A stretch of DNA of 62,555 nt, the filler included, from Choristocarpus tenellus KU-1152 (taxonomy: Eukaryota > Protista > Phaeophyceae): assembly GCA_964200185.2 (NCBI GenBank). It is 12 parts of 12 records of this genome, joined end to end, with 100 filler letters (N's around TTAATTAATTAA, not from the genome) between each part and the next. Parts side by side here need not be neighbours in the genome. Positions count along the whole stretch, not along the records: positions 13,727 to 20,223 come from CAXNAD020007997.1; positions 20,324 to 23,846 come from CAXNAD020019465.1; positions 23,947 to 27,577 come from CAXNAD020018847.1; positions 27,678 to 31,930 come from CAXNAD020015469.1; 8 more parts are not named here. The stretch is one strand, 5' to 3'. Both the position numbers and the translations under genes were made by a program. The notes under the pieces are model-generated. The model had not been told where the DNA came from, made no database searches, and saw nothing but the letters and a program-made list of their open reading frames with translations. Below are positions 14,104 through 27,883 of this stretch, piece by piece. The stretch's first letter is position 1; every line of letters begins with the position of its first letter.

Positions 14104-14881
14104 GATTGTTGCATGTGTTTTTTTTTAGTTTGTGGTGGGAAGAAGTAGCCGTTGCACAAATCGAATGACAAATATCAAGGTAGATGATGAAAATACGGCA
14201 AATTGCAACCATATTGCAACCACTTCAATGAAAAGAAATGTTTTTTTATCACAAGTTATGGTACGACGGAATTCATGTTAGGAGTGACTCATTCCACCAC
14301 ATGGTGAGACAAGCTATCACCCCCACTCCTCCCACGCCCTTACCTCTTCCCTCCTTCATCCCCCTCCCCCCTCTACACACACACACTCTACTCCCCTCAT
14401 CCGCCTTCCTGTGAACATGGTACACTCTGAAGAAAAAAAGGTATACCCTGCGGAAGGATTGAGTACAGAACACAAGCGCAATATGATGTTACCGTGTTCC
14501 ACATCAGTTTGTTTACTGCTAACACTATCAATACCATTTATGGATAGTATTTAAAAAAGTATGTGGTAACAGTATTTATTTGATAGTAGTAGGTAGATGG
14601 GAAGCTAAGGAAGACAGTAGTACAATATTTGATAGTGGTGAAGTAACTGATTAGTGGNNNNNNNNNNGGTTTCCACACTTACAATGTTTTATAGTGCTCT
14701 TATGTTGAGGATATTTTATATCTTTAGGGCTAATAACGACATATGTTTAGTTTTCATTGGTTTCCCCCCTGACACATCTGCAAAATGTCAGAGGGCATAA
14801 TAATAAAAATAGTATAAGAAATGATTTATTCTGGACTGCTTGTGGCCTGACTGACACATACCACCCTCGCTGCCTTGAATA

Positions 14882-15050
14882 ATGTACATTACATTCATTA
14901 CATTACATTCATTACATTACATACATCACATTCATTACATACATTACTTTGATTACATATATTGCATACATTGCATTGATTACATTGATTGCATTGATTG
15001 CATACATTACATACATCATATACATTACATTCACTACATACATTACATCA
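14882..15050. repeat. Degenerate 9-bp minisatellite (cattacata-like) in an intron
   Basis: Repeating cattacat/cattgat units immediately before the DHHC exon acceptor. Confidence 0.85.
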
Positions 15051-15051
15051 G

Positions 15052-15429
15052 GTCCACCTTTCGGCTTCGTGACCACCACTGTGTGTGGGTGGGGCAGTGT
15101 GTGGCACAGCGAAACCGTCGATCTTTCCTGTCTTTCCTTTTGCTCCTATGTGGCCTGTCCTTCTGGTTTGCGTATCGCCTGCTCAAGGTGGATGAAACCA
15201 GTTATATTCACGCAATCATGGACACTGCCATCACTAGAAATAGTAGTCACACAAGGAGTGCTCTTGATGAAGAAGAAGAAGAAGAAGAAGAAGGACATGA
15301 ATTGGAAAACCTTAAGGTTGGGATTTTTTTTTTAGTATGGCATTGATTGTGTTGCTGCCTGTGGAGGGGAGGGACAGGGAGTGGAGGGGGATGGGGGGGN
15401 NNNNNNNNNTGGCTGCTGGGGGGGGGGGG

Positions 15430-15460
<31 letters not shown>

Positions 15461-17860
15461 TTGCATCCATTTTGTTGCGTCTATGATACATACGTGGTAC
15501 AGTTTGTACATTGTCTTCACATGTAGTCTCTATTTGTGGACATTAGGAAAAAGAAAGCCTTGTACAACTACACACAGCACAGTTTTCCCCCTCCCCCACC
15601 TCGCCTCCTCTCCCCACCTGTTTTATTGACTTGTGGTGATTGTCCTCGCTATTGCCTGGTGTCCTATTGTCAACAAAGCAAATTCAAGGGAAATGTACTC
15701 TTTTCAAAGAATCCCTGTGGATTCTTGCTAACTAACCCCTTTTGCTTTTACACTCTTGGTATGTGCTGTGGCCTCTCTGTGGTGTTTCCTGATACCTGTT
15801 GTGATGCATGTGATTGTCCTGCAATATATCCTCTTCCTGTGCTTACCTTTATGATCTCTGGTGTCAAGCGGTGGTGGAGAAGTAGGTTGATGGACCTGGT
15901 ATTCACCAACCGTGGTGGGCCAGGGGTGGCCCATGCACTCTATGCTATCATGGCGGGTACATTAGCTGCATCTCTCGCCTTCCAGGTACATGATAACTTG
16001 TGTGTGTGTGTGTGTGTCGTTGCACACACTTGCTGATACATGTACCCCAGTTGTGTTGTACTCTTGTGTACTGTACTGTATGATGGTGTTTGTAGGTATT
16101 TGTAGGTGTTTGTTGCTGGATGGTCTGACTACCTGTGTGTACGTTTTTTTCAGTGAGGAGTGTCCTGTAGACAAATTATTCTGTCCTCTAGACAAAGTAT
16201 TCTGTTTTCTGAATTTTCTGTTGAGCTGTGCGTGGAAAATTTGTTGGGCGGTTTTATATGGCCTGACCTGAATCCTGTGGCTGTTGTTTTTGAGGAGATT
16301 CTCTTGCCAGAACACTTGGTGATCCTTCAGTTTTGGTGCATTTTGTATTTCATTGTGCAATTTATCTACAATTCAGTTGGAATGTATACTGTTAATGCTG
16401 TTGCAAGGCAAATCTTCTGCCCATTTGATTGGAAAAAATATGGAAAGGGGGCTTAAGGTTCTGGGAAGGTTAATAAAAATCATATTTCAAACACAAAAGT
16501 CAGGACATGCTCTGTATGTATTAGGGGTGTGGTTGTCTTTTACATACTTTTTTCAAGTTTGAAGGGGTGTGTACACACACCACATACTAAGTACTTCAAC
16601 AAGGACCATGGCATGCTTTGAATTTGATACTCTCATTTATCAGTGTATATTGCTTTTGTTCAATGTAGAGGCATCAAGAGGTACACCTCTTACATATTGA
16701 ATTCAGGTTGGCACCAACAGGTAGTGTGAGCTCATTCACCCTAGATCTCCCCATAAAGAGGTTTGAATATTGAGTATCACTTCAACAGCTCGAAAACTAT
16801 AATCAACAGGGAAATGCACCGAGTGTGTGAATTAACCCTGCAACACTTAGGGACCTGTTAGCATTTTAAAAGAGTAAGAATAGTTAAGAAGTGAATAAGA
16901 AGGTCGGTAAGATTTTGGTTGATCAGAACTTGGAGACGGACAGGTGGAGGACAAGTGCAGTCGAAATTTGATGGTGAAGATTTGAATTGTACCTGAATGG
17001 GAAGGTTACAGCCAATATAGGGTGTGTGCGCCTGGGGTTATAGCTCCAAACATCCGCAAAGCCTTGTTGTGCTGAGACAACCCACCAATCCCCCTTATTT
17101 GGTCGGAAACAATATTTGATTCTCAGGAAAATCAGATTTCCATCCCTACATGAAACCAGTATTACTGTAGAGTTTTTGTAGCTATACATACACATTTCTT
17201 GAATTGTGTTAATGTAACTGCTTCCCCAACCCATCAATTGTACACATATTTAATACATTGTCGTAGAAATAATTTCTGCTACATAAACAAGGAATGACCT
17301 TCCCCCTTTTCCCCCCCACCAACCCCTGATGCCCTGTCCTACAGCAATGTATCCTTATTGGAGCAAACTTAACTTCTTTAGAGTTGAGGCGCCGGACACA
17401 AGCTGCAAACAGGACAGCAGAAACACAACCAGGGGCAAGCAGCGGAGCAAGCAATGGGGTTATGAAAGGACAAGCTTGTAACGCTGTGGCCAGTGCAGCA
17501 GGCACTGCACCTTCCTCCTTCATCCCCACCCCAGCTCCCAGTCTTCTTCCAACATCATTGGGGATGTTTGTGTCCAACTGGGGGAAATTCCTCACAGGAA
17601 CGGAGCTGTGTGATTGGGATAGAAGTAACGTCTGTAACAGAAAATATTCTTATTGGGGAGAGGGGTGGTGTAAGGAACTTCTTTGTGATCGGGGTGATGG
17701 GGAGGTGAGATTGGGAATGGGTGGGCCTGTGGCAGGGCCAAGACCTGTGGGTTCAGACGCACCGTTGGGGTTGGTGGATAGCCGACCGCCATTAGTAAGG
17801 AGTGCTCCATCATCATTGTCTCGGAGGTCGCGATCTCCTAATGAAACGTTATTGCTGTGA
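15052..17860 (+). CDS. DHHC-type protein S-palmitoyltransferase, 3' part, spliced
   Basis: Exons 15052-15316 (RDHHCVWVGQCVAQRNRRSFLSFL), 15869-15985 (TM helix) and 17345-17860 (QCILIGANLTSLE = TTxE-like motif; GMFVSNWGKFL C-terminal motif; stop). Splice phases are compatible. Confidence 0.88.
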
Positions 17861-20350
17861 AGATCTATCTCTTTGCCCAGGGCTTTGGAACCATGTAGCA
17901 GGGGTAGTTAGCAACAAGTGGGGGGGGTGCTGTTTTGGTTGGGTGAAGACCCTTCAACAAGTTACTATTTAGGGTGTACCTTATGAGGTAACTAACGATA
18001 GAGGTTGTGAATGCCAAATAACCTGGCAATATATATATAGTGACTGGGAGGTCATTATTACCTGTTGGGTGTGAGTTTGTTTCGTATATCTTGGATTGTG
18101 ATATGTAGGCATGTTTTGGTTAATCTAGGCAAGGGATGTAGCTATTCCTGTTAGGAAGATGTTAAATATTTGTACTGACTGGTAGATCAAAATAAGTACA
18201 AAGAGTTTGTGCACAGAGGAGGACCGTCACAACACACCCAGTCACCAGGATAAGGCCAAAACACCCAAATACCGTATAATGTCACACAAAGTCTGTGCTT
18301 TACATGTCATACATGACAGGACGGCCTCCTAGTCAGATTATTCGTCATTACCCATAGTATCATAGGAATTGTTCTGGGGGGGCACAAAGGTTACTATGAA
18401 GAAAGTGTGTACATGCAAGGCAGATAGCACTCTCTGCTTCTACCTGCCCTCAGGACCTACAGTGTAGGCAAATGAAGGGATCTCTGATTCATTTCACAAT
18501 GACAATTAGTATTACATACGTTGACTACAGGTGTGTTACAAATGCTTGATGGATGCGTAGGAAGTGCTTACATAGTTCACCACTTAACCATGTCTACCTC
18601 AGCTAACTCCAGTATGCACAACACTTTCATCATCATTCAGCAGGGACAGGTCATGCATGGAATAGAAATTGATTGGGGAGAAGACATTAGAAAAAGTACT
18701 TGGAAGAGTAATATGGTGTGAGGAATGACAAGTATGTAGAAGTTGGATTGAGGCTGCTGGGTGCTATGTGCTGGAATGGGGTAACCCTATGTGGTTGTGC
18801 AATGTTGTTCTCACATGTGATGAACATTTTTTTTTGGACATGACACCCTTTGAGGCAGATTGCAGGCTGCATTTTGTGTCCTTGATAATAGAAGAATTGA
18901 GGTATTAGTATTATTTTACTCTTTTTTTTAAATCTCACCTAATGTCTACATGTCCACTCAGATGCAACCTCCCCTTCCCTGGCATCTACAGTATTTGTAG
19001 TACAAGAAATGTACACACACAAGTACAAACTATGAATGGCAGTAGGAAGGGTTCCTAGTGCTGATCTCAATCAATCATTGTTGATCCTTGACACCCTTTC
19101 CTGCCTTTATCCCAACAGAACAATGATGCTCTACTGTTGCCTTCATTACTATTTGCAATACACTGAAAAGCATGGACAACAAGATCATGAAAACTCTACA
19201 AATATGGAACGTGTATTGTTGGCAGTAGTACTACTACTACACTACTTCAATCAAGAAGAGCAACAAAAAGTCACACTCTGCAGCAACTATTGTATGCACT
19301 GTATCTACAGCAGGTTATAAATATCAAGACAACTTCATCCAATATATGCAACCCCATGAGTGCTCTTATATTTTTACTATACTATGTTGACACCTCACAG
19401 AAAAAGGTACCTCTCTGCCCCTCCCCCATCCATGTAACCACTATTTTTTCAGTTAGGCGAACTTGTCATCTGATGTCGACAAGGAAGTTGGTGCCTCCAA
19501 CCATCGAAGACACCCCCCACCCCCCCTAACCTGCTTCTCTCCAAAAAAGGCAGCTAGACAAGAAGATTAAATAGAAAAAAAAACACCGCATCCACCCTAC
19601 AATCACTCAGCACTAGCTACACACAGCAAACCAAAAACATAAAAAAAACCCTGAGGTGTACTGCAAGCCTTTGGCGCTCCCACTGCCCAGCCATCCAACA
19701 GACTTACAAATGCCTGAGAATTACAAACTTGGACACAAGTACATACTGCACAAGTGAGGGAACTATCCTCAAACTGCAAAGAAATACTTAATGGAGATCC
19801 TTCAGCCTGCCAATGTCTTGCCCTCCCCTGGCCCTATTCAGCACTTCTCCTCCCTCCTCTGCACAAGGTATCACACACCAGAAAAAGGGAGTCCAAGACA
19901 CAACACCCCTCCTTGCCTTGGTCACTAAGGGGTCACCCTTAGAGTCTACCAGGGGGGAGGGAAGTGGATAGAGAAAGAAAAACTTTACTGCCTTTCCCCA
20001 AATACCTACTCCAAAATTCCCTTTCCTTTACCAATAAAACATGCACAAACAAACACAAGCTGTAATCCCAGTCACCACTAGCTTGCACTCATGACATATC
20101 GTCTCATCAAACTTCAACCTGCCTTTACCTGCGTTACCCTCAATGCCCCCCCCCCCCCAAATTAACTTTTAATCTAAAAATTATCCCCACAATTTTTAAT
20201 AACAACTCTTCAAATCCACCTACNNNNNNNNNNNNNNNNNNNNNNNNNNNNNNNNNNNNNNNNNNNNTTAATTAATTAANNNNNNNNNNNNNNNNNNNNN
20301 NNNNNNNNNNNNNNNNNNNNNNNCCCCCACCCCCCCAGATACTTTGACCC

Positions 20351-20650
20351 TCTTGGTACCTGATACAATCTTGCTCTCAGTCCTTTCTATGCAAATGTCT
20401 GCTTCACCTCCAGTCCAATACAACGTCTCCCTTCCAGTCATATCCCCTACCGAAGAGTACAAAGTACTCAGTAGTTGCAAGGGAGATCATCCAGCTTGCC
20501 TTGCCTCCTGAAATCACATCATCCTGGAAAATATGGAATGGACTCACAGCAGTAGTACCATATTCGGATGTGTCACCCCCTTCACTGCCATCTTGCGAAC
20601 ATTCCAGGTAGCTAGAGTGACCTCTTTACTCTGGATTTCCATCGATGCAG
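20351..20650 (-). mobile_element. Decayed non-LTR retrotransposon (LINE) APE-endonuclease fragment
   Basis: The minus strand gives VTLATWNVRKM ... QEARQAG ... TLYWTGGE with stops and frameshifts, matching APE motifs (TWNV, QE, YWSG). It is truncated by a family B MITE end at 20324-20350. Confidence 0.6.
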
Positions 20651-22940
20651 GCAGCAGCAGCATGTTCCTCACGATTCATCTCTCAAGTGCAACGTTCAGA
20701 TTGTTCCCTCCTTTGCTGACCTTATTCATTCCTTGCTCTAATGCGTGGATTTCATGTGTGCTTGCTGTCTCTCCTGTTGTGAGTGCAGCTATATCACAAG
20801 CTGCCAATTCCTCTTCCACCTCTCTTCAAACCCGGTGTGTACATGGTGTCACCCTGCAAGTAAGAAGGTACGATTGCCATGTTTCTCACCTTTTGGTCTA
20901 ACATCCATGAGGTACTAGAAGTACTTCCCGTCATCCCTTCCCCACCAAAGCCCACACAGCTACATGGCCAGGGAAATGGAGATAGACAAATAATATATGG
21001 TACACTACGCACTACACACGAATTTCCTATCTTCCTTTTTGACCTCAATGCATGTGGGTTTGTCAAGTTTTGGATTTGTAAACCTATCTTTCCTCAATTG
21101 GACAATCTCCTGAGCCATCACATGAGGAATTTTACCCTCGGCTCTGGGATAAACTAAGGTCGACTCTTGATGGGGTTTCAGAATAACTTCAAAGAAGAAG
21201 AAAGTTGTGGGGACAATAATTCAAGTCATGACAAAAGCAGAGTTGAAAGAATTTTCCTTTCAATGTTTGAGAGCTTTGCTTCATCGTAATACAACTGACT
21301 AATGTCCAAGTCAGCTTCGCGCGTAGCTGCTTAGAGCTCTACACATACGTAAAAAAAACCCTCCATATTTATCTACCTGGCTGAACAGTTGGTATGTATA
21401 CATACCTAACCCCCCCCCCACCTTACTCAGCTACATCCATTGCTTAAACTTGCTGTGCATCAAAATAACGTGCATCAAAACACTCGTCTACTCCCCACAA
21501 ACACAAACATCTCTCCGTTACCCCATTCTGCTGATGATACTTCCACAGGGTGTAAGTAACGAACACCTGCACCACTTCGTTTACATGCACTATGCAACAC
21601 TATGCAATTTACATCCTACAGAAAACACTCTTTGGCAAGCCTTGCACACACCAACACACACCAGGCATAATCAAGTGTCAGCTGGTCCTGCCACCCCAGC
21701 AGTCAACGAAACCCCACTCCATCCTCCCTAGCTCGTATCATTATTTTATGTCACTTGCTCAAGCAGGATATGCTTGTGACAAAACTGGCTGGTCGGGCTT
21801 CATCTCAAGTCCGATTTTGCATAACCTGACACCCCCACCAAACATGCAACCACGTACACAATGATAAACACAGCCGCCTGCTCCAGCCAAGCAATGCTCC
21901 CTTATACACATTGCCCTCCTTGTCTCTAGTGTACCAAGACCAGAGAGCAAGCTGGGTCATGTCAGCATGCCGACAGCAAGCCATTGATCAAAAAGGGGTC
22001 ATTTCAAAAGCAACACTCAGCAGATATGTATGTACCAGAGTACTAGTGTGTCACCAAGACAGGGTTGATGGCAAGGCAGATCACGACGGAGCTGTACTAA
22101 AACTCATGTAGTCGTTGTCCCATCTGACATCTCCAATGATGTCACCAATCTTCGCTGCAACAGATGCGCCCTGTCCCCCCAATGAACCCGACGCACGATC
22201 CAGGATGGCTTTCCCTGAGGTTTTGTACCACCACGGAGCATAACATGTAAACATGGAGAGCAAGCAAGGAGCCAAACCAACTGAGAGGTAGGCAGGGTTG
22301 TGTTAAAGTATCCCCCAAATCATCAAGGAGGATAAAGGTAATAAACCCAGTTAGATTGCTTGGTGTCTGTAGAGTGATGGATTAAAAAGTTAAGTGGGGC
22401 ATGCAATACCCCATAAAAATCAGAAATACTTCCTTTCATATATGAGAAAAATTCTCATGCAACTAATCATTACTAGTAAAAGGTTCTGATAACCCAACCT
22501 TTAATTGACTGTTCTATTCCTCCGTACATATTCTACCGTAACTGTCCAATAGGGTTGGGAGTCTAATCAAACAGGTTGCATTTCAAGGATCCCGAGGAAA
22601 GGGCAAAAGGCGCCATATTGCACAACTACAGAAAGACCCTCCCTTTACTTAAATGGTGATGCCATTTCATGTGTGTGTAAAGGGGAAACATCAATTTCGG
22701 GTACACTATTGTGTACATAAACGCTATCAAGTATAGTGTATTGAACAGGGCAAGAAAGACGGCTTAGAATGATAAAGGGTCCAAACCTGCCTACCTCCCA
22801 ATAGACTTACGTAGTTGTTAAAAGTAAGAGGGGAAGAGAGGAACAGGACGAACCAACAATATCAAGACCACTGTGGGTGATATCCTGAAAGACACAGGGC
22901 AGGGACGACAACAGTAAGCAGGCATTCCAACACCAAACTC

Positions 22941-22964
22941 AGGTTAGGGTTAGGGTTAGGGTTA
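22941..22964. repeat. Short interstitial (TTAGGG)n tract
   Basis: aggttagggttagggttagggttag. Similar CCCTAA tracts lie at ~4835, ~12447 and 50463-50485. Confidence 0.8.
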
Positions 22965-23044
22965 GCACAAAAGAAAACACTTCTTACATAAGCTTCAGCA
23001 AAAATAATTCAGGGGCTGAGGAATGCAACTGCTACCCTTACAGT

Positions 23045-23373
23045 GCCTCAAAATATCTGGGGGGGGGTCTAGATTAGGGTGTCCATCCGGGCCCTGACCA
23101 GGAGAAGCGCGCTTACATTATCCAATCCGACACATGCAACCAAATCACACAAAAATCGCGACATGGAAAAATGGGCCCCGAACAGACAGCTGCTACCCCC
23201 CCCCCCCCCCCCCACCTTCTCGCCTGATCCCTTTCTCCTTCCAACACCCCCCCACGAGACGCACCCCCCCAACAAAAAACCCTNNNNNNNNNNAAACCCC
23301 AAAAAAACCCCAACAGGAAAAAGGGGCCCCCAAACAACAGCTGCTCCCCCCCCCCCCCCAGATACTTTGAGTC
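23045..23373. mobile_element. MITE family B (TIR GRSTCAAAGTATCT followed by poly-G), near-complete copy with an internal N gap
   Basis: Left end gcctcaaaatatctggggg, right end cccccagatactttgagtc. Other copies or ends: 1-19, 20324-20350, 26143-26254, 27403-27577, 34837-34923, 44167-44188, 50787-50828. Confidence 0.8.
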
Positions 23374-25101
23374 TAGCTCCTTGTCTCAATCCACCACATG
23401 CCAAGGTGACCATCACCACCAAAAATGTACCAGGTAGCTCTCTCTCCCTCTGAGTCTGTCATCATTAGTCTCAACGCTTTGTTTCCCCCTCCACACCACC
23501 CTGTTTGACCGTTTGAACCAATGCTCAACAGAGCCAGTCACCTCCCCCCAAAAAAACATTCTGGAAACGACAATCTACAACTAGAATTTTTTTTTTGTCA
23601 GCATTTTCTTACAATAATTAAACACATCTCTTTATTGTATTTTATTTTTTCTAAAGTATCAAAGTCTCCATACCCCCCCCCCCCCCCCTGCAGACTCTCA
23701 CCGGCTTCCAAGTTCCCCACTACACTCTTTTGCCAGGGATTCTCCAATCCAGTTTCTCCCCCTCCCCCCCACATGCCTCCAGAGCCACTGGGGTTGGAAA
23801 CCCCCCCCGCCGCCCCAATACCTCCCCCCTACCCTGCCCTGGCCTTNNNNNNNNNNNNNNNNNNNNNNNNNNNNNNNNNNNNNNNNNNNNTTAATTAATT
23901 AANNNNNNNNNNNNNNNNNNNNNNNNNNNNNNNNNNNNNNNNNNNNCTTCCGAAGTGCAGGGGTGGTGGAAGGTGGGGGGTGGGGGGTGGGGGTGGGGAC
24001 GGGGGCGCAATGAGTGGCAAGAAAGGGTACTCAAGAGTCTTACTTTGAGGTATGAATTCTCAAACACTGTGAAACAACATTTATTCCTTGATGCTGAGAA
24101 ATTGCTTATTTACACTACTAGCGAAAGATATCATTCTTGTTGCATGTGATCATCTAATACTGACCTCCAAGGTAGGCAAGAGTGTCCCTTGGTCGAGTAC
24201 ACGGGGCATCCATCATTTTTTTTTTGATACCTGCTCATTCTCACTTGACCTGTCTCAAGTCGTCAGTTATCGCTTTGTGTAGCGTCATCCTGGAAAATAA
24301 GAAATCTGTGTTGCCTCTATGCTTGAACAGACCTCAAGGTATTGAATGTTTTGGCAGGACTCTGCTCAGCCAACTTTCAATCTTTTTTTTTGTACACATA
24401 AAAAAAGAGCAAATGCGTACTATGCATTTCATACATGTGCAGTGAGGGGTTGACCAATGGCAGAAGGTGTTTGTAGCAACGAATCATCCTGAAATCTAGT
24501 CCTTGGATGTGAACTGTCTACTCTAGCTTCAATTATTATTGAGCTGAAACTATTTATTTCCACCTACTTAGTACAGCCTTTTTTAACATGGCTACATCGT
24601 GAATAGAGTCATACAATTCAGATCTTCTCGGGTGGTCTAAGTATAATATTGATAATGCTGTTATATTGGAAGCACAGGTACACATAGTACTAGATAACAA
24701 GATCTAGATACTCAAACGCCTGGCGTGCACCTTGCTCTTGATGATAATTGCAGCTGGAATCATTGAGGGAGGCTTCCACTCGAGGTCATCATTGCCATCT
24801 TGTAAAGGTCCCCAGCGATCTCCATCGTTGTTGGAATTATCTATCAGGTTTGCCGGTGTGTAGTGTTCTCGACATTCAACACACAGAATTAATTGCTCCT
24901 TGTGGGAAAGGGAGCAGAGGGAGTGAGCAAGGTGGACCATAAAAGCAGGTCCTGAAGTAATTTTTTTCGTCTTGGTCAATCATTCTTATAGTGCTGGAAG
25001 AGTATATACCGTGGGGTCTAGATTTTCTTATGGTATCCTCATCTTTTGTCCTTTATTCTTGGAACATTTTCACCTATTCCAATTCAGTACATAGTGTCAT
25101 C

Positions 25102-25351
25102 GAGTCAAAGTAAACGAGAGGTACCCAGGTTTTGGCCAATTGGCATTATGAGTCTGTTTTTCAGTAGTTTGCAATTCACCCATATTTCCATGAATGAAGT
25201 TCTATGTTCGACTTAGAAGCATTTATTTCTCTATTTTTGAAACTATTCTGACACAATTCAGAAAATATTCTATACACAAATATAAAAAAGCCCATTTTTT
25301 TTCTTTCATACTAATAATGCAACTCTGGGTATCTCTCGTTTAAATTGACTC
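25102..25351. mobile_element. MITE family C (TIR GAGTCAAAGTAAACGAGAGGTACCCAG)
   Basis: Imperfect 27-bp TIRs: gagtcaaagtaaacgagaggtacccag ... ctgggtatctctcgtttaaattgactc. Related copies end at 51219 and span 54561-54785. Confidence 0.8.
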
Positions 25352-25463
25352 ATTCCAATTCAGTCCATAGGGTCACTCCAACCCTTTGTACAGTGCGTTC
25401 CATTTTCATGGCAGAGTCAGAATCAACTCAAGTCCTCCTAGTCAAAAACAGTACTACTGCAAA

Positions 25464-25742
25464 AAGTGAAGAAAGTATCTTAGAGGGTACGAGTTTAGCC
25501 CTGTTTGTCCGTTTGGTTCTTGACTGTCAGTCCACGGGGGGTTTTTGTGACATTTTCCCACTCCGATTTTTTTGTCGATATATTTAGGAGTAGGTAGAAT
25601 GTATACATTATGAAAAGGTGTATTCGGAACAAGGATATTGACACTTCCTAACAAACATGAAAGCCACAATTACATCAAAATCGCAACATTGGATTTTGGC
25701 CCCCATACGGACTCAGCTCTACCCTCTAAGATAATTTGACTC
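25464..25742. mobile_element. MITE family A copy
   Basis: aaagtatcttagagggta ... taccctctaagataatttgactc; interior homologous to the other A copies. Confidence 0.88.
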
Positions 25743-26142
25743 AAAGCAAACCAGAAAGAAGATTGACTGCAGTGAACTTGAAGGGATGCATACATTGGGA
25801 CCTGCTGGAGCACATGAGAAAGAGGAGAAAGTTGATGGTATGGTCACTCAACCTTTGCCCTCCCTTCTCTGTGATGTTCACGATTGAGGGATTCATATCA
25901 CGCTCTTTGAGCAAACAGTTCATCATCTGCATTACAAGGTAGCCAATGAAGCCATGCCCTGCTGGTTCCTGATCCCTGGAAACTCTCTTCAATCCCTCCC
26001 TCCTCCAGGACAATAGGGTTGCAACCCAAAGAGTTCTACTGTGGGCTACTACGGGTAATTTTCGGGATATATTGGCACCACTATACCCTCTTTTCCATCA
26101 ATTCTTGATCATGTAGAAAACATTTCAACAGATAGATGAGGA

Positions 26143-26254
26143 GGCTCAAAGTATCTGGGAGGGGGTGGCGGCTGTCCATTTGGGGTCAATTTTTTCATGT
26201 CACGATTTTTGGGTGTTTTNNNNNNNNNNCCCCCCCTCCCAGATACTTTGGGTC
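26143..26254. mobile_element. MITE family B copy (interior collapsed into an N gap)
   Basis: ggctcaaagtatctgggagggg ... ccctcccagatactttgggtc. Confidence 0.75.
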
Positions 26255-27402
26255 AAACGATTATCTTCTGCTGCTACACATATTCTGGAGTTTGTATATA
26301 TATATAGGACTGAGGTGGTGTATTCAATACTTCTGAAGTATATATATATAGGACTGATATGGTGTATTTAGCTTGTTCCTGACGTCTAGCAAGCTCGTAC
26401 TACATGCCAGCAAGGATTTGAACCTAGGGGTCACCAGGGGCAAAGGGAAGAGAGATTGAAAATGATATTGCTGAACTCTTCATGCTAATACTTGGTGCAT
26501 TCCTACAGCGCCTTTCCAATCGTGTAGGAATACCAGTGCCTACACAACATGGCTGATACTGATTTCATGTTCCCGCAGAGTGCAAAGGACGGCTCAAAAT
26601 GCCACAGTTGACATATAACCAAGATTGAATGAGATGTCCAGAATGTCTCATGCCACTTCCCCCTTACATCCTGCTGGCAAAGTGCACATATTGTACCCTG
26701 CCCCTGAGGTATCCACTGTTGCCGTTTTTTCTGGGGCTGTGACGACGTACTATGAATTAAAAAATAAATCGCATCAATTCTGTTCGTTTTTTCAAAGTCT
26801 AGACTCTTGCATCATCCAAGATAGTAAGACTTCCATAGTTGCACGGGTTTAATATTTGGAGTACCTTACCAAGTGATATCTCCATCCGTCTAGGTAGGTG
26901 TGAAAGTGGTCTCGCATGTATAGCAATTGACAAGAGAGATAGCTTCTCTCTGCAATCAATATCATCAGAGCAATTCAGCTCCAGGCTATGGTGAACTCCA
27001 TCTGAAGGAGCCGGCAATCACTCTATGCTACAAATAGTGACACCCCACTGGAATACCTTATGTAGGATTTCCGTTGTGACATCAAGACACCCACGATGCC
27101 AGGTAGCATCGCAGGAGAGACAGTTCACCCTCTCCCAGCCGTCTGCCACAACCATCCAGCATTTGAAGCAAGTCGAACTTCGAATCCACACATCCCCTTT
27201 CCATTTCCCCAAGTGTGTAGTGTTTTCAACAACGGTCTCCTTGTCTAACTGTGTTTCGAAAGGCACAAACAATTCATGTGCTCGTTGAGTGAAGGCGGTT
27301 GATGATGTGCACGCATGGTCAGGATTGGATATTGGGGTGTGGAAAATAGAGATCTCAACTACTATTTGTTGCCCTTGTCACTCTTCTCATAATAAGAAAT
27401 AT

Positions 27403-27577
27403 GGCTCAAAGTATCTGTGGGGAGGGGGTGGCAGCTGTTTGTTTGGGGTCAATTATTCCATATCGCGTTTTTTGGGTGATTTGGTGCACATGTTGGATGG
27501 AAAATGCAAGTACACGTTTCCTGATTTTGGTCCAAATAGACACCCTGGTTTAGACCCCCCCCCCCCCCACCTCCGCC
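27403..27577. mobile_element. MITE family B copy truncated by contig end
   Basis: Begins ggctcaaagtatctgtggggaggggg; the interior is reverse-complement homologous to 23060-23200. Confidence 0.75.
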
Positions 27578-27883
27578 NNNNNNNNNNNNNNNNNNNNNNN
27601 NNNNNNNNNNNNNNNNNNNNNTTAATTAATTAANNNNNNNNNNNNNNNNNNNNNNNNNNNNNNNNNNNNNNNNNNNNGGTATAAAGGTTTTTTCTTTTTT
27701 TCTTTCTTCTGGGTACCCCCCCTGCCCCCCCCCCCCCATCCTACCCACCCCCCTACCCCACTCCTCTTTTCCATCCTTATCATATGCAACCTTAGCTTGA
27801 CTCAATCTTGTGTTGAACTTCTGTCTGTGCTCCCAACAACTTGTGAATTAAAAAATTTAATTTAATTTTATTATTTTGCACAG

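Noticed and set aside
22081-22890. Possible two-exon minus-strand gene end
   Set aside because: Splice-like sites exist, but I found no unambiguous frame or recognisable protein.
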